Source: Candidatus Aminicenantes bacterium
GTDB lineage: Bacteria; Acidobacteriota; Aminicenantia; JAMOAD01
DNA: 64,000 nucleotides
NCBI GenBank assembly: GCA_027061995.1
Contig: JAMOUT010000101.1
Location: 12,211 to 76,210, forward strand
Reading direction: 5' to 3'
Shown here: positions 1-9,195 of the stretch, in pieces
Layout: every line of letters begins with the position of its first letter
Position numbering within the stretch: the first letter of the stretch is position 1
Translations under genes and position numbers: made by a program
The notes under the pieces: generated by a model
The model's database searches: none
What the model was told of the DNA's origin: nothing
Seen by the model: only the letters and a program-made list of their open reading frames with translations

Positions 1-1220
1 ATTATGCAATAGCATATGATACTAACGGATTTGCCGATATTAACTATGATAATGTCAGACTTTGCGGGAAACTTGTTCCCCCTCTTTGGACAACAAGAGA
101 CCTCATGATTCATCTTGCCGAAAACAATCCTCTTGTAAAGGCAAGACTTGAACTTGCAAAAGTTCTGTATTGGCAGAGTCAACATGAAAGGGCAAACATA
201 AAATTCAAAGATGCAAAAAATGTCGGTGCGAATATAGTTGAAGTTTTATTTAATTGGGGTTCAAATCTTGATATGGAGGGTGATCTTCCGAACGGATTAA
301 AAAAACTCAGACAAGCTAATAAACTTGCCCCGAAAGATAAAAGGATAATGAAAGCTTTAAAAAGAGCTGAAAACAGAAAACATCTTTTCTTCAAACCTTA
401 TTATGATACATGGGAAGATAGTGATAATCGAAGTTATTGGGGATACGGCGGTTCGATAGAAAAATATCTCAGTGATAATTTTCAACTTAATTTTTTCGGG
501 AATAGAAATCATTGGGAAAGAACAGGTTTTGGTTTTGAAGAGGGAACAAGATATGGTGCCGGGTTTAAATACCATTTTGCAGAAGAGAGATGGTTTAATT
601 TCAAATTATGGTATCTTGACATGGATATTGCACAGGATCATGTGGGGGGACAACTTGCTTTTCACATTCCAAATGCCAAATGGGGAGGACATTTTGATAT
701 TGAAGTTGCCCATGAAGAGATAGAAACAGTTGAAGCAATAAGAGATAAAATATATTCAAACCGATTTACCCTTTTTACATACTCAAGAATTCAGGATATG
801 TGGGATCTTTTTGTTAATTTATCTTACAAACACAATACAGACTCAAATGATATTATTTTCCTTTACGGGAGATTTTACAGAAGATTTAAAGAATGGCCTT
901 TTCTCGGAATAGGCTATCTATTCAGATTCGGTGATAGTGATTTTGATCCGTATCAATATTATGCACCCGAACAACTTCAACAACATCAAATTTACGGAAC
1001 TTCACGGGGTGAATTCGGCTTTATCCATTATAGTGTAACAGCTCAAGCAGGTTACGCGAGAGAAAGAAGAGAACCTTGGAAATTCGTTTGGGGATTAAGA
1101 GCTGAAGTTGATCTTACAATATTACCTATTTTAATAATAAACGGAAGTTATATAAGACAGGATTCACCTCGCTACAGAATGACCGAATATAAAATCGGTT
1201 TGACTCTAAGAATTTTTTGA
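1..1220 (+). CDS. TPR-repeat N-terminal / predicted outer-membrane beta-barrel C-terminal protein (PgaA-like exopolysaccharide porin candidate); 5' end outside window
   Basis: Frame 3 is open from position 3 with no stop before the ATG at 105, so the gene starts upstream of the window. TPR-like helical repeats (LVKARLELAKVLYWQSQHE). The C-terminal half is aromatic-rich with alternating hydrophobic residues and ends ...GLTLRIF, a terminal Phe typical of OMP barrels. Confidence 0.5.
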   Translation, partial: YAIAYDTNGFADINYDNVRLCGKLVPPLWTTRDLMIHLAENNPLVKARLELAKVLYWQSQHERANIKFKDAKNVGANIVEVLFNWGSNLDMEGDLPNGLKKLRQANKLAPKDKRIMKALKRAENRKHLFFKPYYDTWEDSDNRSYWGYGGSIEKYLSDNFQLNFFGNRNHWERTGFGFEEGTRYGAGFKYHFAEERWFNFKLWYLDMDIAQDHVGGQLAFHIPNAKWGGHFDIEVAHEEIETVEAIRDKIYSNRFTLFTYSRIQDMWDLFVNLSYKHNTDSNDIIFLYGRFYRRFKEWPFLGIGYLFRFGDSDFDPYQYYAPEQLQQHQIYGTSRGEFGFIHYSVTAQAGYARERREPWKFVWGLRAEVDLTILPILIINGSYIRQDSPRYRMTEYKIGLTLRIF

Positions 1221-1236
1221 TATAAAACTTATTATA

Positions 1237-2205
1237 TTATTTTTTTCTTTTTAATTTTTCAACCGCTTCCGATACAGTGTAAAATTTCACTTTTTTAGCC
1301 GCATATTTTATAAGTTCTTCAAAATATGACCTTTGCATCCCGTAGCAAGGTCCTACAATAAATTTTGTTCCTGATTTTGCCACATTCTTTAAATTATTAT
1401 TATCAATTAATATCTTTCTTCCGCTAAACCCCTTTACTTTCAAATCCGTATTTTGAATTCTTGTATTTGTATCGGGAACAAGACATAGAGCATTATGGTT
1501 CAATGGTTTAAAATCATCTTTTGCAATTATATAATCGTCCCCCACTGAAATAATTTCACCTTTTATATAATGATCCTCTTCAAATATTTCATGACTGTAA
1601 ACAAACATTATCTTATCCTGCATTTTGGCAAAATTTATCCACATCTTTACCTGTCTTAACGGAATATAATAACCCAAATCAATAGAAGTTCCGGGATAGG
1701 ATTTGTCATTATAAAGCTTATTTGTCAAAGGTAACGGACTGTATCTTCTGAAGCTATTAAATTTTTCATAGGCAATCTTTGAAGTCAACTCATTAAAAGA
1801 GTTAAAAGGGAAAACTATTGAACGGATACGATTAATACCATTTGACTGAAACTCGGATATTGATTTTTCCACCTCATCCTTTAACCATCTATCAATACCG
1901 TATTTTTCAACATATTTTGCAGAATTAAAATGATGATAAGTATGAGTTCCTATCTCCCATTTATAATAATTTTGCAATTTTCTTAAATCATCGAAAGTTA
2001 AGTATCCACTGTGAACTCTTTGGTTATTCACAAATACTGTCGCAACGCCTCCGACTTTTTGTAATTCGGGAGCAGCAATATTAATCCAGCTCGGATACCC
2101 GTCATCAAATGCTATTGATATCCCCCCCCTCTTTTGTTGAGCGGGTAATATCATAACAAATGCTATCAGATAAATAATAAATAAGATATAAATTCTATTT
2201 TTCAT
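1237..2205 (-). CDS. polysaccharide deacetylase (CE4 / NodB-homology), secreted
   Basis: N-terminal signal peptide. NodB motifs IAFDDGY (TFDDG-type) and THTYHH (H-S/T-x-x-H) are present. Confidence 0.75.
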   Translation of the reverse strand: MKNRIYILFIIYLIAFVMILPAQQKRGGISIAFDDGYPSWINIAAPELQKVGGVATVFVNNQRVHSGYLTFDDLRKLQNYYKWEIGTHTYHHFNSAKYVEKYGIDRWLKDEVEKSISEFQSNGINRIRSIVFPFNSFNELTSKIAYEKFNSFRRYSPLPLTNKLYNDKSYPGTSIDLGYYIPLRQVKMWINFAKMQDKIMFVYSHEIFEEDHYIKGEIISVGDDYIIAKDDFKPLNHNALCLVPDTNTRIQNTDLKVKGFSGRKILIDNNNLKNVAKSGTKFIVGPCYGMQRSYFEELIKYAAKKVKFYTVSEAVEKLKRKK

Positions 2206-3268
2206 ATTCCCTCCGTTTTTTCTTGTATTTCCTTATCAGGCTATACAATGAATTATCATTAGAACCGAGATACCAAAGCATAATTTCTCCGTATTCAGCT
2301 TTTATGGCTGCTTCTATTTTTTCTTCCAAACTAATCGGATCATCAAACCAAAGTTCATCTCCGTTTTTATCTTTAATATACGGAACTCTTGATTTTCTTT
2401 CCCTTTTTAAATTCACTGAGTTCAGATACTTTTGAGATTCTTTCCATGAGTATCTTATTATATTTTTATTTTTATGCCAATAAAACCCTTTTAGTGCAAT
2501 TGCAATAGAGGGGCATCCCTTTGCATCTCCTTCAACCCTCTCTTTTAATTTCTTAATAAATTTTGGCGTTGACCTTGGGCCGGGACCCGTAAAATTACCG
2601 TGTAAATTATAACTCATAACAATGAGATTCATTGTCCCCCAATAAGGAAGAGGACCTTTTGTCGGTTCGATGATTATTTTAAGTTTTTTATTCTCACTTT
2701 TCAATGCCGCGGATAATTCAATAAGATAATTTTGGTAACCTCTCTCTTCTGACTTTTTTATATTTTCAAAATCAAGATCAAGTCCCTTAAAACCGAATTT
2801 GTTCATGATTTTTATAATCGAATCTATATTTTTCTTTCTTATTTTATGGTTATAGAAAATTTTTCTTAATATTCCGATATCCTTTAGTATTGTTTTCTTT
2901 TTCCCCCTTCTTAAATCATTAACTATTGTTATCCAAGGGGAAAACCCCTTCTTTTTCGACAATTTTATGAATTTTATAATCTGCCTATGACTTAAACCGT
3001 CAATAACAGCCTCCCCTTTTTCATTAAGTTCAAGAGAAAAAAGTGAAATTCTGTCAAATAGATCTCCATGGGTTTCAACCTCTTCAAAACCTGAACTATC
3101 CCAATACACCACCCAACCTCCGAGACCTATCGTAGATGCAATCGCCACACCTTTTAATAAAAAAAGCGATATTAGTATAATTACAAATTTTTTGAATATT
3201 ATATTAAATATCTCTATTAGAATATTAATTTTAACTTTTTCATTATACTGATTTAAAGACATCTGCAA
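2195..3268 (-). CDS. glycoside hydrolase family 18-like protein (membrane-anchored/secreted)
   Basis: GGWVVYWDS start-of-barrel motif. The GLDLDFENI motif matches the GH18 DxDxE catalytic motif. IMLWYLGSND matches the C-terminal GH18 motif. Overlaps the downstream deacetylase by 11 nt, so probably an operon. Confidence 0.55.
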   Translation of the reverse strand: MQMSLNQYNEKVKINILIEIFNIIFKKFVIILISLFLLKGVAIASTIGLGGWVVYWDSSGFEEVETHGDLFDRISLFSLELNEKGEAVIDGLSHRQIIKFIKLSKKKGFSPWITIVNDLRRGKKKTILKDIGILRKIFYNHKIRKKNIDSIIKIMNKFGFKGLDLDFENIKKSEERGYQNYLIELSAALKSENKKLKIIIEPTKGPLPYWGTMNLIVMSYNLHGNFTGPGPRSTPKFIKKLKERVEGDAKGCPSIAIALKGFYWHKNKNIIRYSWKESQKYLNSVNLKRERKSRVPYIKDKNGDELWFDDPISLEEKIEAAIKAEYGEIMLWYLGSNDNSLYSLIRKYKKKRREYEK

Positions 3269-3337
3269 TTATACATCATATTGTTTTGCTTGACAATTTA
3301 ATAAATCAATCTTTTAAATAATTTTTTAAACTTTCTA

Positions 3338-3366
3338 TTGACAAATTTTAAAATTTCATAGATAAT
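3338..3366 (+). promoter_or_regulatory. sigma70-like promoter for tRNA-Gly (TTGACA - 17 nt - GATAAT)
   Basis: TTGACA at 3338-3343, a 17-nt spacer, GATAAT at 3361-3366. The mature tRNA 5' end at 3375 lies 8-9 nt downstream. Confidence 0.45.
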
Positions 3367-3374
3367 TAACCCTT

Positions 3375-3446
3375 GCGGGCATAGCTCAGTGGTAGAGTAT
3401 CAGCTTCCCAAGCTGAGTGTCGCGGGTTCAAATCCCGTTGCCCGCT
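3375..3446 (+). tRNA. tRNA-Gly (anticodon CCC)
   Basis: Cloverleaf folded by hand. Acceptor GCGGGCA/TGCCCGC. D-stem GCTC/GAGT. Anticodon stem TCAGC/GCTGA with loop TTCCCAA (U33, anticodon CCC, A37). T-stem GCGGG/CCCGT with TTCAAAT loop. Discriminator U73. No encoded CCA. Confidence 0.85.
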
Positions 3447-3471
3447 AAAATAAATTATAAGAGAGGATAAA

Positions 3472-3972
3472 ATGGGATTTATATCTAACAAACCAAAAAA
3501 AGTTTCAAATTCAGGTAATGATTTTGATAATCATTACTCATCGCAAGGGATATCTTCTGAAAAAACCATTATCGGTAAAACCATTAAAATAGAGGGCGAA
3601 GTTAAATCTGACGAAGATGTTATCATAGAAGGTAAAGTAAGCGGCAAAGTGGAAGTCGGCAAAACTCTTACCATCGGAAAGCACGGTTATGTAAACGCAG
3701 AAATATCAGCTCGTATTGTCAGAATTCTCGGAAAAGTTGAAGGTGATGTAAAAGCTATCTATAAAGTTGAGATTGTTCCCGAAGGTAAACTTTACGGAAA
3801 CATTAAAGCTCCTAAGATTGTTATTGCGGAAGGGGCATTATTCAAGGGAAGCGTAGAGATGAATGATAACAAGGAACTTCTTAATAAAAACAATTCTCTC
3901 GAATCACCGAAGACAACTACTGTCGAAAATAACAAACAAGGGAAAAATAATAATTCAAAAAACACTCTTTAA
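3472..3972 (+). CDS. bactofilin family cytoskeletal protein
   Basis: Repetitive beta-helical bactofilin (DUF583) signature (IEGEVKSDEDVIIEGKVSGKVEVGKTLTIGKHGYVNAEI...VEGDVKA...). Disordered K/N-rich C-terminal tail. RBS AGAGAGGA upstream. Confidence 0.8.
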   Translation: MGFISNKPKKVSNSGNDFDNHYSSQGISSEKTIIGKTIKIEGEVKSDEDVIIEGKVSGKVEVGKTLTIGKHGYVNAEISARIVRILGKVEGDVKAIYKVEIVPEGKLYGNIKAPKIVIAEGALFKGSVEMNDNKELLNKNNSLESPKTTTVENNKQGKNNNSKNTL

Positions 3973-4772
3973 TGAATAGAAATAAAACATGGTATTTAAT
4001 AACCGATAAAAATCATAATAATGCCGCTTATAATATGGCGGTTGATGAATTAATCTTAATAAAATCAGAAGAAAATAAAGATACTACATTTTTAAGATTT
4101 TACGGATGGAACCCACCCTCAATTTCAATAGGAAGATCTCAGAAACATAAAAAAGTCGCAAATTTAGAACTTCTTAAAAAATACGGAATAGACCTTGTCA
4201 GAAGGCCGACAGGAGGAAAAACTGTTCTTCATTATGATGAATTAACCTATTCAATAGCTTCATCGGATAATATCTTTATGAGTTTCACATCAATACGGGA
4301 TGTATATAATTTGTTAGCGAAAGCTTTGCTTAAAGGGCTTCAAAATCTTGAGCTTGACGCCGAGATCATTAGTAAGGATCCTAAAGGATTGGTAAAAACA
4401 GATATGCCCTGTTTTTCATATCCCACCCGAGATGAAATCGTTATCAAAGGGAAAAAAATAATTGGTAGTGCACAAAAAAGATCTAAAACCGCTTTCCTTC
4501 AACATGGTTCAATCCCTGTAAAAGACAGAAGAGAACTCTATGCGGAGATTACAGGTGTGGATAAACAGATTCTCCTTGATTCCATGACAAGTATTGAGCT
4601 TGAAATCGGAGATACTGATTTTCATATAATAAGAGACTCTTTTGTAAAAGGATTTAAGGATGAATTTAAAATTGATTTTAAGGAATATGTTTTTGATAAA
4701 GAGGATATTAAAACAATTAATTCTCTTATCAATAATAAATATTCCTCTATTGATTGGAATTACGAGCTCTAA
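3972..4772 (+). CDS. lipoate-protein ligase A N-terminal-domain-like / octanoyltransferase (BPL_LplA_LipB family, LipM/LplA-N type)
   Basis: Collinear similarity to E. coli LplA recalled from memory: NxAVEE, RxxxGRSQ, RRxTGGxxV(F/L)HD, KGKKIxGSAQ (catalytic Lys region). At 266 aa it lacks the LplA C-terminal accessory domain. Start overlaps the bactofilin stop (TAATG). Confidence 0.7.
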   Translation: MNRNKTWYLITDKNHNNAAYNMAVDELILIKSEENKDTTFLRFYGWNPPSISIGRSQKHKKVANLELLKKYGIDLVRRPTGGKTVLHYDELTYSIASSDNIFMSFTSIRDVYNLLAKALLKGLQNLELDAEIISKDPKGLVKTDMPCFSYPTRDEIVIKGKKIIGSAQKRSKTAFLQHGSIPVKDRRELYAEITGVDKQILLDSMTSIELEIGDTDFHIIRDSFVKGFKDEFKIDFKEYVFDKEDIKTINSLINNKYSSIDWNYEL

Positions 4773-5697
4773 GCTATTTTCAACAGAATATTTAATCCAA
4801 ATCCATACGATAAAACAAAAAGATATTAAAGTTTTTAAAGAACAACTTATCAAATATAGAGAAATCGGTTTTTCAGGAGCAATAATAAGAGTTTTTCAAA
4901 ACAGAGATGATAGTTATCACTATATATCCCCTATATTAAACAAGAAAGGAGTTTATTTTTCAAACAATGAAAGGACTCCTACAATATCCCCGATTATTAA
5001 TAAACTAACCTCTGATTATAATATTCCCGATTTTAAAACAATTGTTTGGATGAGCACAAGAAGGATGGATTGGGTCAATGGGAAAAGATTCGGAAAATAT
5101 CTTATTCTTCAGAATAAGCAAAATCAAAAAAATATTTTATCTTATTTTAAAAGTTTAGCTAATTTCAAAATAGCTGGAATATTAATTCAAGATGACTTGG
5201 TTATAAAGAAAAAAGAGGAAAATTTTTTGGGAGTAAAAAATAAAAAAGAGATAATTCTTCAATACCTTCAAAATATAAAAAAAATTATCGGCAAAAAAGA
5301 ACTTATAACAAATATCTATTATGAAGTCCCGTATAATTCGGCAATAGGAGACAGCTGGTACGGACAAAATATGGATGATTTTTTTAATGTCGGAGTTGAT
5401 AGTGTTGCGATAATGCTATACCAAAAACAAATCCAAAGAGAGTTAAAATTAAATGATACAAAATTATATCAATATATAAATAAAATCATAAATAATCTAA
5501 AACCTTATGCTGAAAAAACTTATATAAAACTTCAAATAACAGATTTTAAAACCGGGAAATTCATAAAAATAGACAGATTATTGAAAATAATTAATCTTAT
5601 CCCCGATAATTTCAAAGGGATTATATTCACCCCCGTTAGAACCGATAAATTTACATATCTCTATTTAAAATCATTAATCGGTAGGATAAAAAAATAA
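4660..5697 (+). CDS. hypothetical protein (possible TIM-barrel glycoside-hydrolase-like fold; N-terminal hydrophobic segment)
   Basis: Long ORF with an N-terminal hydrophobic stretch. No motif I can assign with confidence. The annotated start overlaps the preceding gene by 113 nt, so the true start is uncertain. Confidence 0.4.
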   Translation: MNLKLILRNMFLIKRILKQLILLSIINIPLLIGITSSKLFSTEYLIQIHTIKQKDIKVFKEQLIKYREIGFSGAIIRVFQNRDDSYHYISPILNKKGVYFSNNERTPTISPIINKLTSDYNIPDFKTIVWMSTRRMDWVNGKRFGKYLILQNKQNQKNILSYFKSLANFKIAGILIQDDLVIKKKEENFLGVKNKKEIILQYLQNIKKIIGKKELITNIYYEVPYNSAIGDSWYGQNMDDFFNVGVDSVAIMLYQKQIQRELKLNDTKLYQYINKIINNLKPYAEKTYIKLQITDFKTGKFIKIDRLLKIINLIPDNFKGIIFTPVRTDKFTYLYLKSLIGRIKK

Positions 5698-5784
5698 ATT
5701 ACGGTTAAAAAATTATCCAAAAAATTAAAAACCGGATTACTTCTCTTAAAACTTTTATCTATTATATTAAATATTAAATAAAAA

Positions 5785-5818
5785 AAGGGGGAGCAAAACC
5801 GCTCCCCCTTATATTTTT
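5785..5818. terminator. bidirectional rho-independent terminator between the convergent gene 4660..5697 and gdhA
   Basis: AAGGGGGAGC ... GCTCCCCCTT perfect 10-bp stem with a 6-nt loop. T-run on the + strand after the stem and A-run before it (a T-run for the minus-strand transcript). Confidence 0.65.
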
Positions 5819-5830
5819 CAGCTTTTCCTA

Positions 5831-7189
5831 TTAAACGATTCCATAAGCAAGCATTGCATTAGCTACTTTTAAGAAGCCGGCAATATTTGCTCCATAGAGA
5901 TAGTTTCCTTTATGTCCATATGCTTCAGCAGCTTCAAGTGAATTCTTATGAATACTCTTCATAATATTAAGAAGTTTTGCATCCACCTCTTCTCTTGTCC
6001 ACTGAAGTCTCAAACTGTTCTGACTCATTTCAAGACCTGATACCGCGACACCACCTGCGTTTGCCGCTTTTGCAGGACCGTAAAGAACATTATTATCAAT
6101 ATAAATCTTGATTGCATCAAGAGTTGAAGGCATATTTGCACCTTCGGATACACATACTACGCCGTTTTTAACGAGTGCATCAGCGTGATCTCCGTTAATT
6201 TCATTTTGAGTTGCCGAAGGAAGTGCCACATCAGCTTTAATACCTTGCTCTTTTACTACATCCCAAACACTTTTACCTGCATAATAATCAACTCCGTATT
6301 TATCAGCATACTCTTTTACTCTTCCTCTTTTTACATTTTTGAGTTCCATTAGGAAATCCCATTTTTCCCCTTTGATACCATCCATATCAACAACTGTTCC
6401 CGATGAATCGGAAATTGTGATTACTTTTCCACCGAGTTCATTGATTTTCTGGATTGTATATTGGGCAACATTTCCGGATCCACTTACGATGACTGTTTTA
6501 CCTGAAAAATCCAATCCTCTTGTTGCGAGCATCTCTGCCGCAAAATAAACATTACCATAACCTGTTGCTTCGGGTCTGATTAAGCTTCCGCCCCAGCCGT
6601 ATGCTTTACCTGTTAGGACTCCGCCTGAATGCTCATTGGTTATTTTTTTATACATACCAAGCATATAACCGATCTCTCTTCCTCCGACTCCGATATCTCC
6701 GGCGGGAACATCCGTGTTAGGTCCGATGTGTCTGAAAAGTTCTCTCATAAAAGAATATGTAAATCTCATAACCTCTGCATCCGATTTTCCTTTAGGATCA
6801 AAATCAGATCCACCTTTTGCTCCACCCATGGGAAGGGTAGTCAAAGCATTTTTGAAAATCTGCTCAAAACCCAAGAATTTAATAATTCCTTCATAGACCG
6901 AAGGATGAAATCTCAAACCACCCTTATAAGGTCCGATTGCATTATTAAACTCAATTCTCATCCCTCTGTTTACCTGAACATTTCCTTCATCATCTTCCCA
7001 AGGAACTCTGAAAATAACCTGTCTATCAGGTTCCACGATTCTGTCATAAATTTTAGCTTTGACAAATTCGGGATGTTTCTCAACGGTAGGTTCAAGAGTT
7101 GTTAAAACCTCTTCGACCGCCTGATGGAATTCAGGCTGTGCCGGATTTTTTACTTTAACTTTTGCGATTACATCACTAATAACTGACAT
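5831..7189 (-). CDS. gdhA: NADP-specific glutamate dehydrogenase
   Basis: Hallmark GDH motif GGAKGGSDFDPKGKSD and full-length Glu/Leu/Phe/Val dehydrogenase architecture. Confidence 0.95.
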   Translation of the reverse strand: MSVISDVIAKVKVKNPAQPEFHQAVEEVLTTLEPTVEKHPEFVKAKIYDRIVEPDRQVIFRVPWEDDEGNVQVNRGMRIEFNNAIGPYKGGLRFHPSVYEGIIKFLGFEQIFKNALTTLPMGGAKGGSDFDPKGKSDAEVMRFTYSFMRELFRHIGPNTDVPAGDIGVGGREIGYMLGMYKKITNEHSGGVLTGKAYGWGGSLIRPEATGYGNVYFAAEMLATRGLDFSGKTVIVSGSGNVAQYTIQKINELGGKVITISDSSGTVVDMDGIKGEKWDFLMELKNVKRGRVKEYADKYGVDYYAGKSVWDVVKEQGIKADVALPSATQNEINGDHADALVKNGVVCVSEGANMPSTLDAIKIYIDNNVLYGPAKAANAGGVAVSGLEMSQNSLRLQWTREEVDAKLLNIMKSIHKNSLEAAEAYGHKGNYLYGANIAGFLKVANAMLAYGIV

Positions 7190-7481
7190 ATAATACCTCC
7201 TTTGATATTTAATTGATTTATTAAAATTCTTTGATTTGTAATGTTCATTGATAATTATATCAAATTAAAATCTATTGTCAATAATTTTTCAAAAAAAAAC
7301 GGACAAACCTTATATCTTTAAACTCACTCTTTGGTTTATGATTCTTGTTTTAACTCTGTTTATTATAGAAAAGATTCTTTAAAAAAATATTCAAGTTCTA
7401 TTTAAGATTTATTAGATTTCTTTCAAGATACTAAGAGAAATTCAATGAATAGTTTTCAGTTTCCGTATTCTTTTAACTTTA

Positions 7482-8609
7482 TCATAGCCCTATTATCTTA
7501 TATACCGTAAAAAATTGATTTCCGGAATTATCGTATCTTATCGTATATAGTCTTTTATTTTTTATTTTTTGATAACCACTGTTTGCTTTACTATATACGG
7601 GAAGAGGAATACTACATAAAAGCCACCCTTTTTCATTAAATATCTCATGGATATAATTTCCCGAATGATTATCTATTTCATAGGTTTGAACAAATATATA
7701 ACCAGCATCCGATAAAGTCATCGTATGAAAAGGGGGAAGATATTTCGGAAAATAAAATTTGTTTTTTATCTCTTTCATGAATCCCCGTTTAAATAATGAT
7801 TCGAATTCCTTAATATATCTTTCATAAGGTTTTATTTTTTTATAATTCACTCTTATTATTTTTTTAATCAATTTACCGTTCAAATTATAAACTCTAATCT
7901 CATAACCATCCTGCTGTGAAAAAGAATATATTTTTGAGTTCCTTACCATAAAACCCATATTGCCATAAACAGCAGGTATTTTATCCCCCGTAGTAAAAGG
8001 ATTATCCATCTTTCTTTTACTCAGAACCACCAATAATTTATTATCTTTTGAATATAAAACATTTTCTATAAACAGAGTTTTTTTCTCTAAAAATGATTTC
8101 TCCTTTATATAATTTCCGTTTTCCAGGACATAGAAATTCGGCGAATTATAACCAGCTCTCTTTTTCTCTTTTATAAAATTTCCTTCACTATCAAAATAAA
8201 TAACTTTCATATTTCCGCTATCGCAAATAACAAGTCTCCCTCTTCCATCAAAATACATTGAAGAAACTTCCGCTATCTCCTCAGGACCTTGTCCTATTTT
8301 CCCGAAATTTTTAATAAATTTACCTTTATTGTCAAAAATAAAAATACCTGATTTATCCGAAAAAAAGTATATATACCCTATTTTTGAAACCGCGAAAGTT
8401 CCGAATTCTGCAAATTTCTTATCTAATAATTTATCGCTGATACCTATTTCAAATTCTTTTTCAAGTTTTGGACATCTTCCGTCATTTTTTAAAAAGGAAT
8501 AGTTTTTGATAATTTTAATACCATTTTTATTCTCAATTTCATAAGATTTTTCTGTTTTAGCACAGAACCCGAAAATCAAAACAAAAATAAAAAAACACAA
8601 TTTTTTCAT
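7482..8609 (-). CDS. lipoprotein, 6-bladed beta-propeller-like (GQGP-repeat family)
   Basis: Lipobox-type signal peptide (…LIFGFCAK). GKIGQGPEE motif typical of NHL/TolB-like beta-propeller lipoproteins. Paralogous to the partial gene at 63198..64000. Confidence 0.5.
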   Translation of the reverse strand: MKKLCFFIFVLIFGFCAKTEKSYEIENKNGIKIIKNYSFLKNDGRCPKLEKEFEIGISDKLLDKKFAEFGTFAVSKIGYIYFFSDKSGIFIFDNKGKFIKNFGKIGQGPEEIAEVSSMYFDGRGRLVICDSGNMKVIYFDSEGNFIKEKKRAGYNSPNFYVLENGNYIKEKSFLEKKTLFIENVLYSKDNKLLVVLSKRKMDNPFTTGDKIPAVYGNMGFMVRNSKIYSFSQQDGYEIRVYNLNGKLIKKIIRVNYKKIKPYERYIKEFESLFKRGFMKEIKNKFYFPKYLPPFHTMTLSDAGYIFVQTYEIDNHSGNYIHEIFNEKGWLLCSIPLPVYSKANSGYQKIKNKRLYTIRYDNSGNQFFTVYKIIGL

Positions 8610-8634
8610 TTTATTACTCCTTTGCTCCTCTTTT

Positions 8635-9195
8635 TTAAATATACCTTCTTACTCTTTTTTTATATTTACGATATTTTTCACCATGAAGATTCTCAAGATA
8701 TTTTTCCTCTTTTAAAATCATAAGATGAAAAAGGATGATTGTGATTATCACTGTTATAAACAAAATGAGCGATGGAAGAGATAACAGCATACCGATTAAA
8801 ACCAAATCATATGAAAGAAAATAGGGATTCCTTGATATTTTGTATAAACCTGTTTCTATAAGCTCTGTTTTTTCATTTTCATCAACCCCTATTCTCCAGG
8901 ATTTTTTCATATTCAAAGATGAGAGAATACTTATTATTAATCCCATAGAGATTAAAAAAGCCCCTATTGCCCTTAAAACAGGGGAAAAACCTATTATAAA
9001 AAGATACTTTCCTATCTCCGGAAATAAAAGATAAAACAGGAATATAACCGAAGATAAACCTGCGAAAAAAACCGAGCTGTTTACAAGCGAATTTTTCGCT
9101 TTAACAGGCTTTCTTAATTCTTTGGATAATAGATAAGCCCTTAAAAAGAAAAACAGGTAAAAAACAAATATTAAAAATATCAAAAAATATCTCAT
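8635..9195 (-). CDS. isoprenylcysteine carboxyl methyltransferase (ICMT/PEMT) family membrane methyltransferase
   Basis: Polytopic membrane protein. A conserved RNPYFLSYDL-like segment and a C-terminal EE(K)xLxxxxGxxY motif are characteristic of ICMT-family enzymes. The start overlaps the pbpC stop by 4 nt. Confidence 0.55.
   Translation of the reverse strand: MRYFLIFLIFVFYLFFFLRAYLLSKELRKPVKAKNSLVNSSVFFAGLSSVIFLFYLLFPEIGKYLFIIGFSPVLRAIGAFLISMGLIISILSSLNMKKSWRIGVDENEKTELIETGLYKISRNPYFLSYDLVLIGMLLSLPSLILFITVIITIILFHLMILKEEKYLENLHGEKYRKYKKRVRRYI

Noticed and set aside
6339-7105. Antisense ORFs inside gdhA (6339-6548, 6629-7105, 6714-6896) and similar antisense or embedded ORFs inside alpha-2-macroglobulin, infB, nusA, mgtE, AOR and the sensor kinases
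   Set aside because: All are fully contained in, and opposite to or out-of-frame with, well-supported conserved genes. Their translations are low-complexity.
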